Below, one piece after another: positions 15,973 through 24,996 of a DNA stretch of 39,756 bases (positions are counted from its first letter, which is position 1; every line of letters starts with the position of its first letter). Below the pieces are notes generated by a model. That model saw nothing but the letters and a program-made list of their open reading frames with translations, made no database searches and was not told where the DNA came from. Location of the stretch: the IMG/VR virus record IMGVR_UViG_3300045988_064554; one strand, written 5' to 3'. The translations under genes were made by a program, and so were the position numbers. This DNA comes from a virus.

Positions 15973-17343
15973 TTAAGCAAATCTTAATTGTTCCTGTGTA
16001 TCATCAATGCTCATGTTCGGCATTCTCTCACCGACTTTCAGATACGGACAGTTTGCTTCTACAAGCTTTTCTGCCATAATCGGTACTACACTGTTTCCAA
16101 TCCTTGCCACCTGTTTTGCAATCGGGTATTTCTTCCAGTTATAATCCCGGTCTATAATGTAATCTTTCGGGAACCCTTGCATTACTTTTAGTTCTTCCGG
16201 CTTCAGCATCCGCAAAAAGATATCTGATATGATGTATTTCTCGCCCTTGATATCCAGGATTACATTCACCAGTCCAAAACGGTCTTTCGTTGTGATCGTA
16301 TCAAGCGGTCTATCCAGTGTCTGTCCGCACCCACCGCCGTAATACTTAATCAGAAATGCTGATACCAATCCGAAATGCCCCGGAGATGTCGTAATTGTAT
16401 GTAATGGTTCATCACAGCCCTGTCCAATCCCCGTCTTGTAATACTTCGTGATAAATGCTGTCACAAGTCCATATCTATTCGATGTATCAATCGTCTTAAT
16501 TGGTTCTGTCAAAAGCTGTCCTCTTGAATCACCGGCTCTCGTCTCTCCGTGATACTGGATGATGTATGCCAATGCTTCTCCGTTTCTCACGATATAAGGA
16601 GACTCAGCATCGATAACGTATTTCTTGATGCCGTTTGCAATTCTCTTCTGTGTAGCTTCTGCAAGTGGCTTCTTGCGGTCAAATATCGAACTGCCAAGAT
16701 CTGACCAGTCAATGTAATCTCCACAAGGTTTCCACTTCTTAAAGTCGATGCCGTCAGCACTGTGAGTTTGCTCTGGCCATCTGATTTCCCGTCCATCTCT
16801 ACGGAATACTGCATACCATCTCTTTCTTGTGGTCGGTGCTCCGTAGTCCGCAGCTATCAATTCTCTACTACCGAAACGGTACCCGAGACTCTTCATTGCC
16901 GTAATAAATTTCTTGTAATCCTCGCCTTTTCTCTCTGGAATTGGATATCCTTTTTCATCCAGCGGGCCCCATTGCTGTATCTCTTCTACGTTCTCCATAA
17001 GAATTACATCCGGCAGAATTGCTTTTGCGTGCTTATATACTGCCCACGGAAGTATCCTCAAGCCTTTCTCTCTTGGCTTACCACCTTTTGCTTTTGAATG
17101 GCTTGTGCAATCCGGACTCGCCCACATAAGAGCCACATGCTGTCCTTTTACATATTTCTTTAAGTTGACCTTGAAAATATCCTCGGTCAGATGAAGTGTG
17201 TCCGGGTGGTTGGTCTTATGCATCAATATAGCGTCTGGATCATGGTTGATTGCTATGTCTACCGGTCTGCCGAGTGCCATCTCAATTCCAACTGATGCAC
17301 CCCCTCCACCAGCAAAGCAATCTACGATTAAATCTTTCATCAC
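15973..17343 (-). CDS. DNA (cytosine-5) methyltransferase, orphan.
   Basis: Motif I is DCFAGGGG, motif IV SPDCTSHS, motif VI ENV and motif X RIGNSVVP. No adjacent endonuclease gene is present. Confidence 0.9.
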   Translation of the reverse strand: MMKDLIVDCFAGGGGASVGIEMALGRPVDIAINHDPDAILMHKTNHPDTLHLTEDIFKVNLKKYVKGQHVALMWASPDCTSHSKAKGGKPREKGLRILPWAVYKHAKAILPDVILMENVEEIQQWGPLDEKGYPIPERKGEDYKKFITAMKSLGYRFGSRELIAADYGAPTTRKRWYAVFRRDGREIRWPEQTHSADGIDFKKWKPCGDYIDWSDLGSSIFDRKKPLAEATQKRIANGIKKYVIDAESPYIVRNGEALAYIIQYHGETRAGDSRGQLLTEPIKTIDTSNRYGLVTAFITKYYKTGIGQGCDEPLHTITTSPGHFGLVSAFLIKYYGGGCGQTLDRPLDTITTKDRFGLVNVILDIKGEKYIISDIFLRMLKPEELKVMQGFPKDYIIDRDYNWKKYPIAKQVARIGNSVVPIMAEKLVEANCPYLKVGERMPNMSIDDTQEQLRFA

Positions 17344-17570
17344 TTCACCTCATTCGCAAGCTGGAACCCCATTCTTGCTGCATTTCTAAGGTTGTCCTTA
17401 ATCAATGCTTTGTTTGGCGCTCTGTGCATAGATAACCATCTCATATCGGTTTCCCAGTTTTTAGAATCGTATTCGTCCAAAAACATGGCTTCTCCTTTTG
17501 CTACCTGTAAACACTGAATCATGTAATCTATCTTTTCTCCTGTGTTCATGGTTACTCCTTTACTACGCAT
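17340..17570 (-). CDS. Hypothetical protein.
   Basis: ORF track. Its start and stop overlap the neighbouring genes. Confidence 0.55.
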   Translation of the reverse strand: MRSKGVTMNTGEKIDYMIQCLQVAKGEAMFLDEYDSKNWETDMRWLSMHRAPNKALIKDNLRNAARMGFQLANEVK

Positions 17571-18139
17571 CTGCGCTCGCTGATTGCATAATATTTTCCA
17601 TCATGCTCTGAACAGTATTTCTTAAGGATTTCTGCCTTTTTCGCATCAATTGATTTGAAATCAGTTCCAACCTTTTCTTCGTGTTTCAAGGTATGAGTAT
17701 CAGCTTCGATAATCAGCACACACCACGTAAACTCCGTCTCAACCTCTTTCTTCTCATGCTCTTTTTTCCTCTGTTTGAGAATTTCAACTACTTTGTCAGG
17801 ATGTTCTCTTCCGTAATCCCCACAAAGCAAATATCCAGATTCTTTGACGAGTTTTCCTAACTCGCAAGCTTTACAGCCTCTTGCGCACATATCTCCCAAT
17901 GTCTTGAACGCTTCTTCCGCTGTCAGTTCATTCTCTGCCAATCCTTCAAACATTTCGTCCGTCCAGTAATAGAGATTATCATTGATTTCGTATCGTTGCT
18001 CTTCGTTTTCTACTTTTTTAATCTCAACAATGCTTCCGTGCAGTTCTGCCATATTTCTATTTGCGCCATACTTACCATATTGCCCGTATTCTTCCAAGTC
18101 TCTTCTAACTCTTACCTTGTCTCCAACTTTGTATTTCAT
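17552..18139 (-). CDS. Hypothetical protein.
   Basis: ORF track. No motif recognised. Confidence 0.6.
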   Translation of the reverse strand: MKYKVGDKVRVRRDLEEYGQYGKYGANRNMAELHGSIVEIKKVENEEQRYEINDNLYYWTDEMFEGLAENELTAEEAFKTLGDMCARGCKACELGKLVKESGYLLCGDYGREHPDKVVEILKQRKKEHEKKEVETEFTWCVLIIEADTHTLKHEEKVGTDFKSIDAKKAEILKKYCSEHDGKYYAISERRCVVKE

Positions 18140-18258
18140 TTCATGCCTCTCTTTCTCAGTTTTTCTAACAGATTCTTTCTCTTCTGTTTTTTCTCTTTAC
18201 CATCGTCTCAGGTACTCAATCTGCGCCTGATCCTCTTTCTCTTGTCTATTCATGGTCT

Positions 18259-18705
18259 TTATCCCTTGTACAGTTTCGGAAGTGGCATCCATGCTGTCAC
18301 CTTGTACAGTGAACAACCGCCATGTCCGTTTGAATATCTGTCCCACTCAAGGTATCCATACTGTCGTCTATCAAGCCAGTGCTTTTCCTCATCCTCATCA
18401 AATACCTTGATGTAACATCCAACACTGTATTCTCTGTATCCGCTACCGCTCTTGGATGCGATTGTTGTAAGAACATCACTTTCATCTTCTGGGAGTCTTT
18501 CCGTTACCGGAATCCATCTACAGTCCTCATCGGCATCATCAATCTTGCACATCTTCTCGACATACTTTCTGACATTCTCGGTTGCCAGTAGGATTCCTTC
18601 ATCCTTGCGATCAGGGTTCAGCTCATCCGCTCTTTCTCCCTTTAGTTCTTCCTCAGTTTCATTCAGCCATGAAAGAAATTCTTCTACATCAAGTGTCTTA
18701 CCCAT
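18259..18705 (-). CDS. DUF551-like protein.
   Basis: Motifs WIPVTERLPE ... VTAWMPLPKLYKG. The start is at ATG 18705, with AAGGAG 5 nt upstream. Confidence 0.65.
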   Translation of the reverse strand: MGKTLDVEEFLSWLNETEEELKGERADELNPDRKDEGILLATENVRKYVEKMCKIDDADEDCRWIPVTERLPEDESDVLTTIASKSGSGYREYSVGCYIKVFDEDEEKHWLDRRQYGYLEWDRYSNGHGGCSLYKVTAWMPLPKLYKG

Positions 18706-19033
18706 TGTTTCTCCTTCCGCCGGTTGCAACGTACTCTCCGTAACTCATCCCAAGCTTTCTTGCTTCTGCTGCAATCCTTGCTATCTCATTTTGGTACTTT
18801 GGCTCTCTTGCAGCCTTTTTCTTTTTCGGCATGGCTCTCTTTCTCTTCTCCCATTCCGCTTTCTTCTGTTCGGCAGTTAATGCTCTGTATCTTGCCTTAC
18901 CTCTCTCACAAGACTTTTTTCTACTGGCTTCTGCACAGCAAGCCTTGCTGCAATACTTCTTTCGATTGCCAACTATCTCAAATTCTTTTCCGCAGACTGA
19001 GCATACAGCCCAGCTGCTTTTTATCTCTGCCAT
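18698..19033 (-). CDS. Zinc-ribbon protein with a basic tail.
   Basis: Contains CSVCGKEF...KYCSKAC. Confidence 0.55.
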   Translation of the reverse strand: MAEIKSSWAVCSVCGKEFEIVGNRKKYCSKACCAEASRKKSCERGKARYRALTAEQKKAEWEKRKRAMPKKKKAAREPKYQNEIARIAAEARKLGMSYGEYVATGGRRNNG

Positions 19034-19039
19034 TCTTAA

Positions 19040-19849
19040 TCACCTTCCTAGCAACTTACTTTCCAGATCATCCATGTCGTAATGTCTTCTCTCAAAGTTG
19101 TTATTGTTCTTCGTTGCTGGTTTCTTATCGTGCCGTTCATCATACTTTCCTTCAAGCACCTTCACAAAATTATTCGGATTGATGAACCAATCGAAGTTCA
19201 GTGAGAATCTCGCATCTGTCTTTCCCTGAAGGAAGTCACTCTGTTTGACCTTATCAACAGCTTGTATCACTTTTTCTTCTCCGAATTGCTCAAGTAAGGC
19301 AATCAGTGAAGTACATCTCTTAGAACCCGGGTTGATGCGGTAAATCATTTTGATTCCGTAAGGCTCTAGCTGATTCCATGCATCGATGATGGATTGAATG
19401 CTATGCTGCTTTATAGATACGTTAGTATCTATATATTCTTTCTTCCTTTCTTCCCTTCTTCTATTGTTGTCACTTGCTTGTCGGTTGCTTGTCGGTTGCT
19501 TGTCACTTTGCGTGTCACTCGATTGATACGAACAGTAATTATTCACCGTAAATACGCTGAATTTGTTATATTTTTTGCTTGTCACTTCGCCTGTCGATTC
19601 TAGGTGTTTTATTGCTGTTCTTATCTCTCTAACTGAAAGGTTAGTTTCTTCAGATAATTTGGCTAAAGAAGATACGAACGACCCCCTTTTTATCTCAATT
19701 CCTAAGAAAAATCCGTCCTTCCAGTTCGCTTTTAAAAGCATGTGTATGAACAATCTGGAAGTGTTTTTGTCTTTGTACCACCCCCACTCGAGAAGTGACC
19801 GGTTAATCTTTATGTAGTCCCCTTTCATACAATTCCATCCAATCTTCAA
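19040..19849 (-). CDS. Replisome organizer / DnaD-like replication initiator with a Phg_2220_C-type C-terminus.
   Basis: N-terminal winged-helix pattern (YIKINRSLLEWGWY...LSVREIRTAIKHLE). The C-terminal pattern is IIDAWNQL...FDWFINPNNFVKVLEGKY. Confidence 0.75.
   Translation of the reverse strand: MKIGWNCMKGDYIKINRSLLEWGWYKDKNTSRLFIHMLLKANWKDGFFLGIEIKRGSFVSSLAKLSEETNLSVREIRTAIKHLESTGEVTSKKYNKFSVFTVNNYCSYQSSDTQSDKQPTSNRQASDNNRRREERKKEYIDTNVSIKQHSIQSIIDAWNQLEPYGIKMIYRINPGSKRCTSLIALLEQFGEEKVIQAVDKVKQSDFLQGKTDARFSLNFDWFINPNNFVKVLEGKYDERHDKKPATKNNNNFERRHYDMDDLESKLLGR
19474..19516. repeat. Iteron-like array: TTGCTTGTC x3 plus TTGCGTGTC, with 11/11/12-bp phasing (candidate ori).
   Basis: Copies at 19474, 19485, 19496 and 19508. 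They lie inside the linker of the replication organizer gene, next to an AT-rich stretch. Confidence 0.6.
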
Positions 19850-20126
19850 ACTTCATTGTGACCAGCCAATCCTTGTGATTCTTCCGATGCATTACCGTAG
19901 GCATTTCGCCCTCTCTCGCATCGTTTATGGACTGTTCCACAGCTTCATAGATGTTAAGCTTCTCTACCCTCTTGCACTCAATATGGATGCCAGGAAGACC
20001 GACTACATCTGCATCTCCATTGGATCCACAGAACTGCTGCCCTCTCCGGCAATCATATCCGTATCTGTCTTTAAGCAGATTTGCTAACTCTCTTTCTCCC
20101 TCTTTCCCTTTTCGGTTTGAGTTCAT
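19803..20126 (-). CDS. PD-(D/E)xK nuclease, Hjc-like Holliday junction resolvase.
   Basis: Pattern GKEGERELANLL...GDADVVGLPGIHIECK. GGAGG lies 9 nt upstream. Confidence 0.6.
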   Translation of the reverse strand: MNSNRKGKEGERELANLLKDRYGYDCRRGQQFCGSNGDADVVGLPGIHIECKRVEKLNIYEAVEQSINDAREGEMPTVMHRKNHKDWLVTMKFEDWMELYERGLHKD

Positions 20127-20445
20127 CTGTGTCTACCTCCATGTTGCAATTCTTGGCTGTTCGCCTTGCTGTTTTTAGTGCCCAGCCGATACTCTTCAGC
20201 CGGCTTTCTTCTTGTCTGATGTACTTCATCAGCATCATTCTTTCTTCTAAGATATTCATATCTGGAATGAAGTACCCTCTTCCATCTTGCATGTTGAGAA
20301 TCGGTATATCTCTCCTTGCGTAATGGATCATGTCTCTTATCGTTCTATCATCTATACCGGTCAGATCAGACAATTCAGCTCTTGTGATTGCTCTGTCATG
20401 TCCGGTTCTAATGTAATCTAATATGTCAATATCGTAAGTCTGCAT
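20071..20445 (-). CDS. Winged-helix DNA-binding protein.
   Basis: Pattern ITRAELSDLTGIDDRTIRDMIHYARR. Confidence 0.5.
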   Translation of the reverse strand: MQTYDIDILDYIRTGHDRAITRAELSDLTGIDDRTIRDMIHYARRDIPILNMQDGRGYFIPDMNILEERMMLMKYIRQEESRLKSIGWALKTARRTAKNCNMEVDTDELKPKRERGRKRVSKSA

Positions 20446-20573
20446 TGTTCTCCTTTCTCTCCCCGGACAAGCCGAGGAGATGAATCATCATGCTTTTGAA
20501 AAGGATTGTGACATGCTGTTCAGTCAGCCATTAGGAGTTCATATATCAACCTTATCCGCAAGGTTAATACCTG

Positions 20574-20882
20574 TTATAACCAAGACTTTCCGAACACCTC
20601 TCTGAACTCTTCTCTGCTGCCTATATGCTCTTCGAAATATCGTTGAGCCATCTGCTTGAGTTCCAAGTCCAAACCGTGATTCGGATTGTCATGTACGCTC
20701 CCCTTTTGGAATTCATGGAGATACGGTGCAAGGGGAATCACAAATCCGTATCTCTCAGATATCTTTCTTCTGCTGCCACAAAAGATATGGTGTATGTGTG
20801 GATAAGGATATCCAGTGAAGAAGCAGTGGTCCATATCATCAGTGAACACACTTTTCAATCGTTTAGCCAATGTCCACTCCAT
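20574..20882 (-). CDS. His/Cys-rich small protein (HNH-like metal-binding), function unknown.
   Basis: Pattern DHCFFTG...HIHHIFCGSRRKISERYGFVIPL...H...HDNPNH. Confidence 0.45.
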   Translation of the reverse strand: MEWTLAKRLKSVFTDDMDHCFFTGYPYPHIHHIFCGSRRKISERYGFVIPLAPYLHEFQKGSVHDNPNHGLDLELKQMAQRYFEEHIGSREEFREVFGKSWL

Positions 20883-21438
20883 ACCTTTCTTTCAGTAATC
20901 TCTTCTCATCTGGTGTCGCAATCTCTGATGCTGCAAGTCCTGCTTCCTTACAGCTTGTAATAAGTCCATCAATGAGCCTTGCCATCTCTGATGTATCGTA
21001 GGTACTTGAACCTCTCAACAACTTGTACGTTCTGTACATGATACCGTCCAAGCCTTGCCTTACTTGTAATGTTGGCATCAGATGATATTCTGTTGCTTGC
21101 ATCACTTTCTTTTCCGCATCTTCCGTATCCGGTACTGTCATGTATACCGGCTTTCCTTCAATGATCTCCGGCTCTCCGTAGTGAATCAACATCAAGTTAT
21201 GCATCTCTGCATTCGATGTGTTCATTACCTTTGCAAGCTTGGTGAGTAGTACCCAGTAGTAAGCATTAGCATCAAGACTTCTTTTCTTCCTGTATGGCTT
21301 TATCTCAAGGCTTAAAACCTCTTTGCCTTTCAATTCCTCGTAAGTCTCAAGAAAGTCCTCATTTGGCTCAAATAGAATGGTCAGACGATGCGTTACAAAG
21401 TCGATAATTGGTTCTTTGAGTTTTCCAGTGAAACGCAT
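20863..21438 (-). CDS. NinB/Orf-like recombination-associated protein (tentative).
   Basis: KKRSLDANAYYWVLLTKLA resembles the lambda NinB RSLDQNRKLWA segment. It lies downstream of the annealase gene. Confidence 0.45.
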   Translation of the reverse strand: MRFTGKLKEPIIDFVTHRLTILFEPNEDFLETYEELKGKEVLSLEIKPYRKKRSLDANAYYWVLLTKLAKVMNTSNAEMHNLMLIHYGEPEIIEGKPVYMTVPDTEDAEKKVMQATEYHLMPTLQVRQGLDGIMYRTYKLLRGSSTYDTSEMARLIDGLITSCKEAGLAASEIATPDEKRLLKERYGVDIG

Positions 21439-22116
21439 TTATTTCTCACCCATTCTTTTCATCAAGTAGTCAAATTGTTCAATGTTCAGTTCTTCCAGTG
21501 ATTTGACCTTAAATGTTTTGCAAACCTTTTCAACGGTCTGTCCGTGACTCTGGATGCACGTTTGTAATGTTGCTACATGAGAAGCATCAAGAGTATGTGG
21601 TGTCACTGGTTGTTCGGCTGTTGTCTTTCCCATTGTGTACACAATCTTTCCAGTCTTCTCATTCTTGATGGACAATTCTTTGATTGTCTTGTCCTCAATA
21701 ACAATGTGGTCTACTTCGAACTTGTCATTGCATTTTGTTCCGTTAATGTTGCAATTACTTGAGCTGATCCAGATGAATGGTGCTGTGTACAGTTCTCTTC
21801 CAATTCCCCAGTTAAAACACGCTCTCTTGAAAGAATCGGATGCCTGACCTTTCTCTTTCTCTGTGTAAGACTCTTTTCCTACATCTTGTTTTGATACCCA
21901 GATACCTTTTTCCGCATCGTAGATTGATACTGTACAGTACAGATTACCGTCTATCACTTCATGTGATCTCTGCCAGTTAAAAGGTCCGACTGCCTCATCT
22001 AAGACATTCTGATCAACTCTCGCATCCTTGTATAGCAACAGTGATATACCATTTGATTTCACCGTTGAAATTCGGCAGTCTATTTCGCTTGCTTTCAAAT
22101 CTCTAAATGTAAGCAT
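21439..22116 (-). CDS. Rad52/22-family single-strand annealing protein (Sak-like).
   Basis: Pattern GKESYTEKEKGQASDSFKRACFNWGIGRELY. Confidence 0.75.
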   Translation of the reverse strand: MLTFRDLKASEIDCRISTVKSNGISLLLYKDARVDQNVLDEAVGPFNWQRSHEVIDGNLYCTVSIYDAEKGIWVSKQDVGKESYTEKEKGQASDSFKRACFNWGIGRELYTAPFIWISSSNCNINGTKCNDKFEVDHIVIEDKTIKELSIKNEKTGKIVYTMGKTTAEQPVTPHTLDASHVATLQTCIQSHGQTVEKVCKTFKVKSLEELNIEQFDYLMKRMGEK

Positions 22117-22126
22117 CTTTTCACTC

Positions 22127-22612
22127 CTATCTAATACGCAAGCTTTCTGTCTGCTCTAAGTGAGCAAAGTCTGCTTTGTTCTCTTTCAGCCACTTTTTAA
22201 GTGCTGTGTTGTCAAGTTTCGGTTTTTGTGCCACCCAGTACTCATCTGGAATGTTTTCTTCCTGGTCAATAACAAGGCTTGGTGGATTCTTCTGAATACT
22301 GAATCCGAAAAGGTCTGTCTTAAACTTCTTCTTGCCGGTTGCAATCATTACACTCTCAAGGTACTTCTTCGCACTCTTTGCATTGTTACTAATAGCATCT
22401 TTCTTCGCTTTCAGACGGTTGATCTCTGTCTCGATCATGGTTGCTGTTCCGTCCAGCTCTTTAATAATCTTCGCAAGGTTCTCAGCCTTAATCTCAATCT
22501 CTCCTTCTACACCTTCCAGTGTGTCACGAAGCACTTCCATATCTACGGAATCATCTTCCATCATTTCAAGCAGTTCGTTGTACTCTTCTGCAAGTTCATA
22601 TAATTTAGACAT
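22127..22612 (-). CDS. Siphovirus Gp157-like protein.
   Basis: MSKLYELAEEYNELLEMMEDD...FKTDLFGFSIQKNPPSLVID. The start is at ATG 22612, with GGAGGAAAG upstream. Confidence 0.7.
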   Translation of the reverse strand: MSKLYELAEEYNELLEMMEDDSVDMEVLRDTLEGVEGEIEIKAENLAKIIKELDGTATMIETEINRLKAKKDAISNNAKSAKKYLESVMIATGKKKFKTDLFGFSIQKNPPSLVIDQEENIPDEYWVAQKPKLDNTALKKWLKENKADFAHLEQTESLRIR

Positions 22613-22886
22613 CTTCTCTTTCCTCCGCGTTGTAATTATCCGCAAGTCTCTTGTGCATCTTGTGCTGTGTGATTCCTAATTCATCAAAGGACAGTTCCTC
22701 ATGATCCCACACCGATGGTTCTTCGTGCTTGACCGGAAGTCCGATAATTGCTTTCACTGTGTCCAGTTTGATATATCCGTTTTCTTCATTGCTGATGTAA
22801 GCTTTGAGCGTTTCCATTCGTGCATCTGTTTTGCACAGCTCTTCAAATTTTGAAACGCTTACTTCAAGTGTTTTTTCTAACAACAT
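22605..22886 (-). CDS. Hypothetical early protein.
   Basis: ORF track. Confidence 0.55.
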   Translation of the reverse strand: MLLEKTLEVSVSKFEELCKTDARMETLKAYISNEENGYIKLDTVKAIIGLPVKHEEPSVWDHEELSFDELGITQHKMHKRLADNYNAEEREDV

Positions 22887-22898
22887 TGCTTTCTCCTT

Positions 22899-23132
22899 TC
22901 ACAATGGCAGTTCTTGTACTAATTGCAGAACAAGTGTGCTAATTGCAAGAAGTTTTTCGTCAACGTCTCTATCTCCACGCACGTACCGTTCTACGTTTGC
23001 GAAAATGTATGCTGATGCTTTCATAATCAAATCTTCGTCTTTGACACCATTCATGTCACAAAACTCTGATGCAAATATTGGAATGATTGCGTTCAGCTTA
23101 TCCAAAGTTATGGTAAAATTATCTTTTTTCAT
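22899..23132 (-). CDS. Hypothetical early protein.
   Basis: ORF track, with the RBS AAAGGAGAAAG upstream. Confidence 0.55.
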   Translation of the reverse strand: MKKDNFTITLDKLNAIIPIFASEFCDMNGVKDEDLIMKASAYIFANVERYVRGDRDVDEKLLAISTLVLQLVQELPL

Positions 23133-23217
23133 TGCTTTCTCCTTTTTGAATTGTTATTATTAAGTTGGTTAATTACCTAAGCGCCTGAAGATTTGCCGTC
23201 TTTCCCGGGCGCTTATT

Positions 23218-23400
23218 TTAATATCCGAAGATAACCCATGTTGCGATTCCTAAGACAACTACCAATCCCATCGCAACTACTGTCATAACAGCAGACTTTT
23301 TTTCTTCTCTGTCATCATGCTCAATTCTTCTTGGCTGTCTCTTGGTATTAACTATCTGGATTGCTCTTCTTTGGATGTCGATCATATCGATCTGATTCAC
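23218..23400 (-). CDS. Small membrane protein with a C-terminal TM helix.
   Basis: GTG start with GGGAGG 8 nt upstream. The hydrophobic stretch is VMTVVAMGLVVVLGIATWVIFGY. Confidence 0.55.
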   Translation of the reverse strand: MNQIDMIDIQRRAIQIVNTKRQPRRIEHDDREEKKSAVMTVVAMGLVVVLGIATWVIFGY

Positions 23401-23480
23401 CTTGTCTCCCTCCCTTCACATAAGATGTACATGGAATGAATCTACTCATCTCCATGCAGTGGTTCTTTCTTCTGCATTCC

Positions 23481-23855
23481 TTACAGTTCCGCATCTGTCT
23501 CTCCTTCCATCTTCCGTACCAATATCATCGATTCGATTGGATCATACTCAGGAACATACTTTCTTGTTGCACCTTCCAGTGCTCTGAAGAATCGGTTGTA
23601 ATCTGCGTAGACCGCTTTATCGATGTATCTGTCAATAATCGCATCTTTTGGATACCGACCAAGCTTGATCTGATTCATGATTCCATATTTCCGATTCTTA
23701 ACAGTTCCCATTGACTGACCATACACATCCTTGAAGTACGATGTCTTTGCGTACTGAGCAACTGGCTTTCTTTCATCTGCCAGTGCAGATGCAATCTGCG
23801 GAAGAATTTCATAGATGCGTTCCAGCTCTGCAACAGCTTGTGCTCTTGTCAGCAT
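23481..23855 (-). CDS. Hypothetical early protein.
   Basis: ORF track. Confidence 0.55.
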   Translation of the reverse strand: MLTRAQAVAELERIYEILPQIASALADERKPVAQYAKTSYFKDVYGQSMGTVKNRKYGIMNQIKLGRYPKDAIIDRYIDKAVYADYNRFFRALEGATRKYVPEYDPIESMILVRKMEGETDAEL

Positions 23856-23869
23856 CTCTTCTCACCTCT

Positions 23870-24109
23870 CTAGTCATCATAAGTGCGTGGAATCATGTCC
23901 TCTGTCAGTGCGTAGAAATCGCTGAGGTACGCTCCGTCTTCTGTGATACTTAAATCAACAGCAACGTTGTTCTCGTTCATCAGCATGATACTCAACGCAC
24001 ACTCTCCTTTGATTATTCCGTTGCCAACAGCCAAGACCTTAAAGCCTTTCAGCGCGTGCAGTTCTTCGGAATCTCCGTTTACTTTTCCATAATTAAGTTT
24101 GTTTATCAT
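23870..24109 (-). CDS. Hypothetical early protein.
   Basis: ORF track. Confidence 0.5.
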   Translation of the reverse strand: MINKLNYGKVNGDSEELHALKGFKVLAVGNGIIKGECALSIMLMNENNVAVDLSITEDGAYLSDFYALTEDMIPRTYDD

Positions 24110-24124
24110 TGTTTTTCACCTCAC

Positions 24125-24153
24125 TTGCTATTTTCTATTTCTTCTCCTATACT
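24125..24153 (+). promoter_or_regulatory. Sigma-70-type promoter: TTGCTA, 17-nt spacer, TATACT.
   Basis: Read directly. It lies about 50 nt upstream of the plus-strand gene at 24201. Confidence 0.55.
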
Positions 24154-24200
24154 TTAAATACAGCACTGCCATGCCGAGTATAAAGAAAGGGGTTTACTAT

Positions 24201-24446
24201 ATGAATAAAGTTTACGCTTGCCTTGCTGGTGAGTGGGTATGTCTTAACGATGACCCAGACAGCAAAATCAGCGAATACGGAAAATCACCGTATCTCTGGT
24301 GGGAAGAGGGGGCTCCCATCTATTCTCCATGCAATAAGGATAAAGAACTTGAACATAGCTTTTATGGTCTTGATTATGTTCACGTTTATTACAAAGGGAA
24401 CGATTGGAGAATCAACCCTATGTTTATCCAAATTGTGAACGGATAG
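24201..24446 (+). CDS. Hypothetical 81-aa protein on the opposite strand to the early operon (moron).
   Basis: The ATG at 24201 has AAAGGGG 8 nt upstream and its own promoter. The track ORF starts at 24099. Confidence 0.55.
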   Translation: MNKVYACLAGEWVCLNDDPDSKISEYGKSPYLWWEEGAPIYSPCNKDKELEHSFYGLDYVHVYYKGNDWRINPMFIQIVNG

Positions 24447-24591
24447 TTTTTCCTACACGCTCCACATCGGTGAGTTCGAGTTTCCTCTTGGATTCACCGA
24501 TTAACCGGTTAAATTCATTGTCCATACCTTCCCGTAACTTAATCCATTCAAAATAGGAAATTCCCTTTAATGCTTCGATGTATTTCTCCAC
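24424..24591 (-). CDS. Hypothetical 55-aa protein.
   Basis: GTG start at 24591, preceded by GGTGAGTAAA. This is the same 14-nt initiation region as the upstream gene. Confidence 0.45.
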   Translation of the reverse strand: MEKYIEALKGISYFEWIKLREGMDNEFNRLIGESKRKLELTDVERVGKTIRSQFG

Positions 24592-24592
24592 T

Positions 24593-24775
24593 TTACTCAC
24601 CCACTTTCTGCACATACAGTTCATCTCTTGTGATAAGAAGCGACCATTTTCCATTATTAAATTCCAAATCAATACGGCTTACCATTGACACTTCCTCGCC
24701 ATTCAATAAATAAATTCCTTTTTCTGTATCAATATGAATTGATTTAAATGGTTTTCTTTCTATTGTTTCAGCCAC
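24593..24775 (-). CDS. Hypothetical 60-aa protein.
   Basis: GTG at 24775 lies 8 nt after AGGAGG. The track start at 24784 abuts the RBS. Confidence 0.5.
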   Translation of the reverse strand: MAETIERKPFKSIHIDTEKGIYLLNGEEVSMVSRIDLEFNNGKWSLLITRDELYVQKVGE

Positions 24776-24816
24776 TTTACTCACCTCCTACATCACTGAT
24801 TAGTTCGTCAATAATT

Positions 24817-24871
24817 GAAAATATTTTCATGTTATGATAAAATTCTTTCATAAAATTACGAAAATATTTTC
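24817..24871. promoter_or_regulatory. Two identical 12-bp perfect palindromes, GAAAATATTTTC, at 24817-24828 and 24860-24871 (candidate operators).
   Basis: Read directly. They are 43 bp centre to centre, in the 212-bp divergent intergenic region. Confidence 0.6.
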
Positions 24872-24996
24872 GCAACATTTTGTATAACAAACATTCGTTT
24901 TGCACTCTATCTAGTATTTTTGTATTGACACATCATAATATTAGTAGTAGCCTTTTTATAGAAGCTTCAAAATTCTAATGAAAGGCAGGTGACAAT

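Noticed and set aside
23160-23217. Hairpin AAGCGCC-N22-GGCGCTT after the small membrane protein gene, considered as a terminator.
   Set aside because: The loop is large and no U-run follows on either strand, so I cannot support a call.
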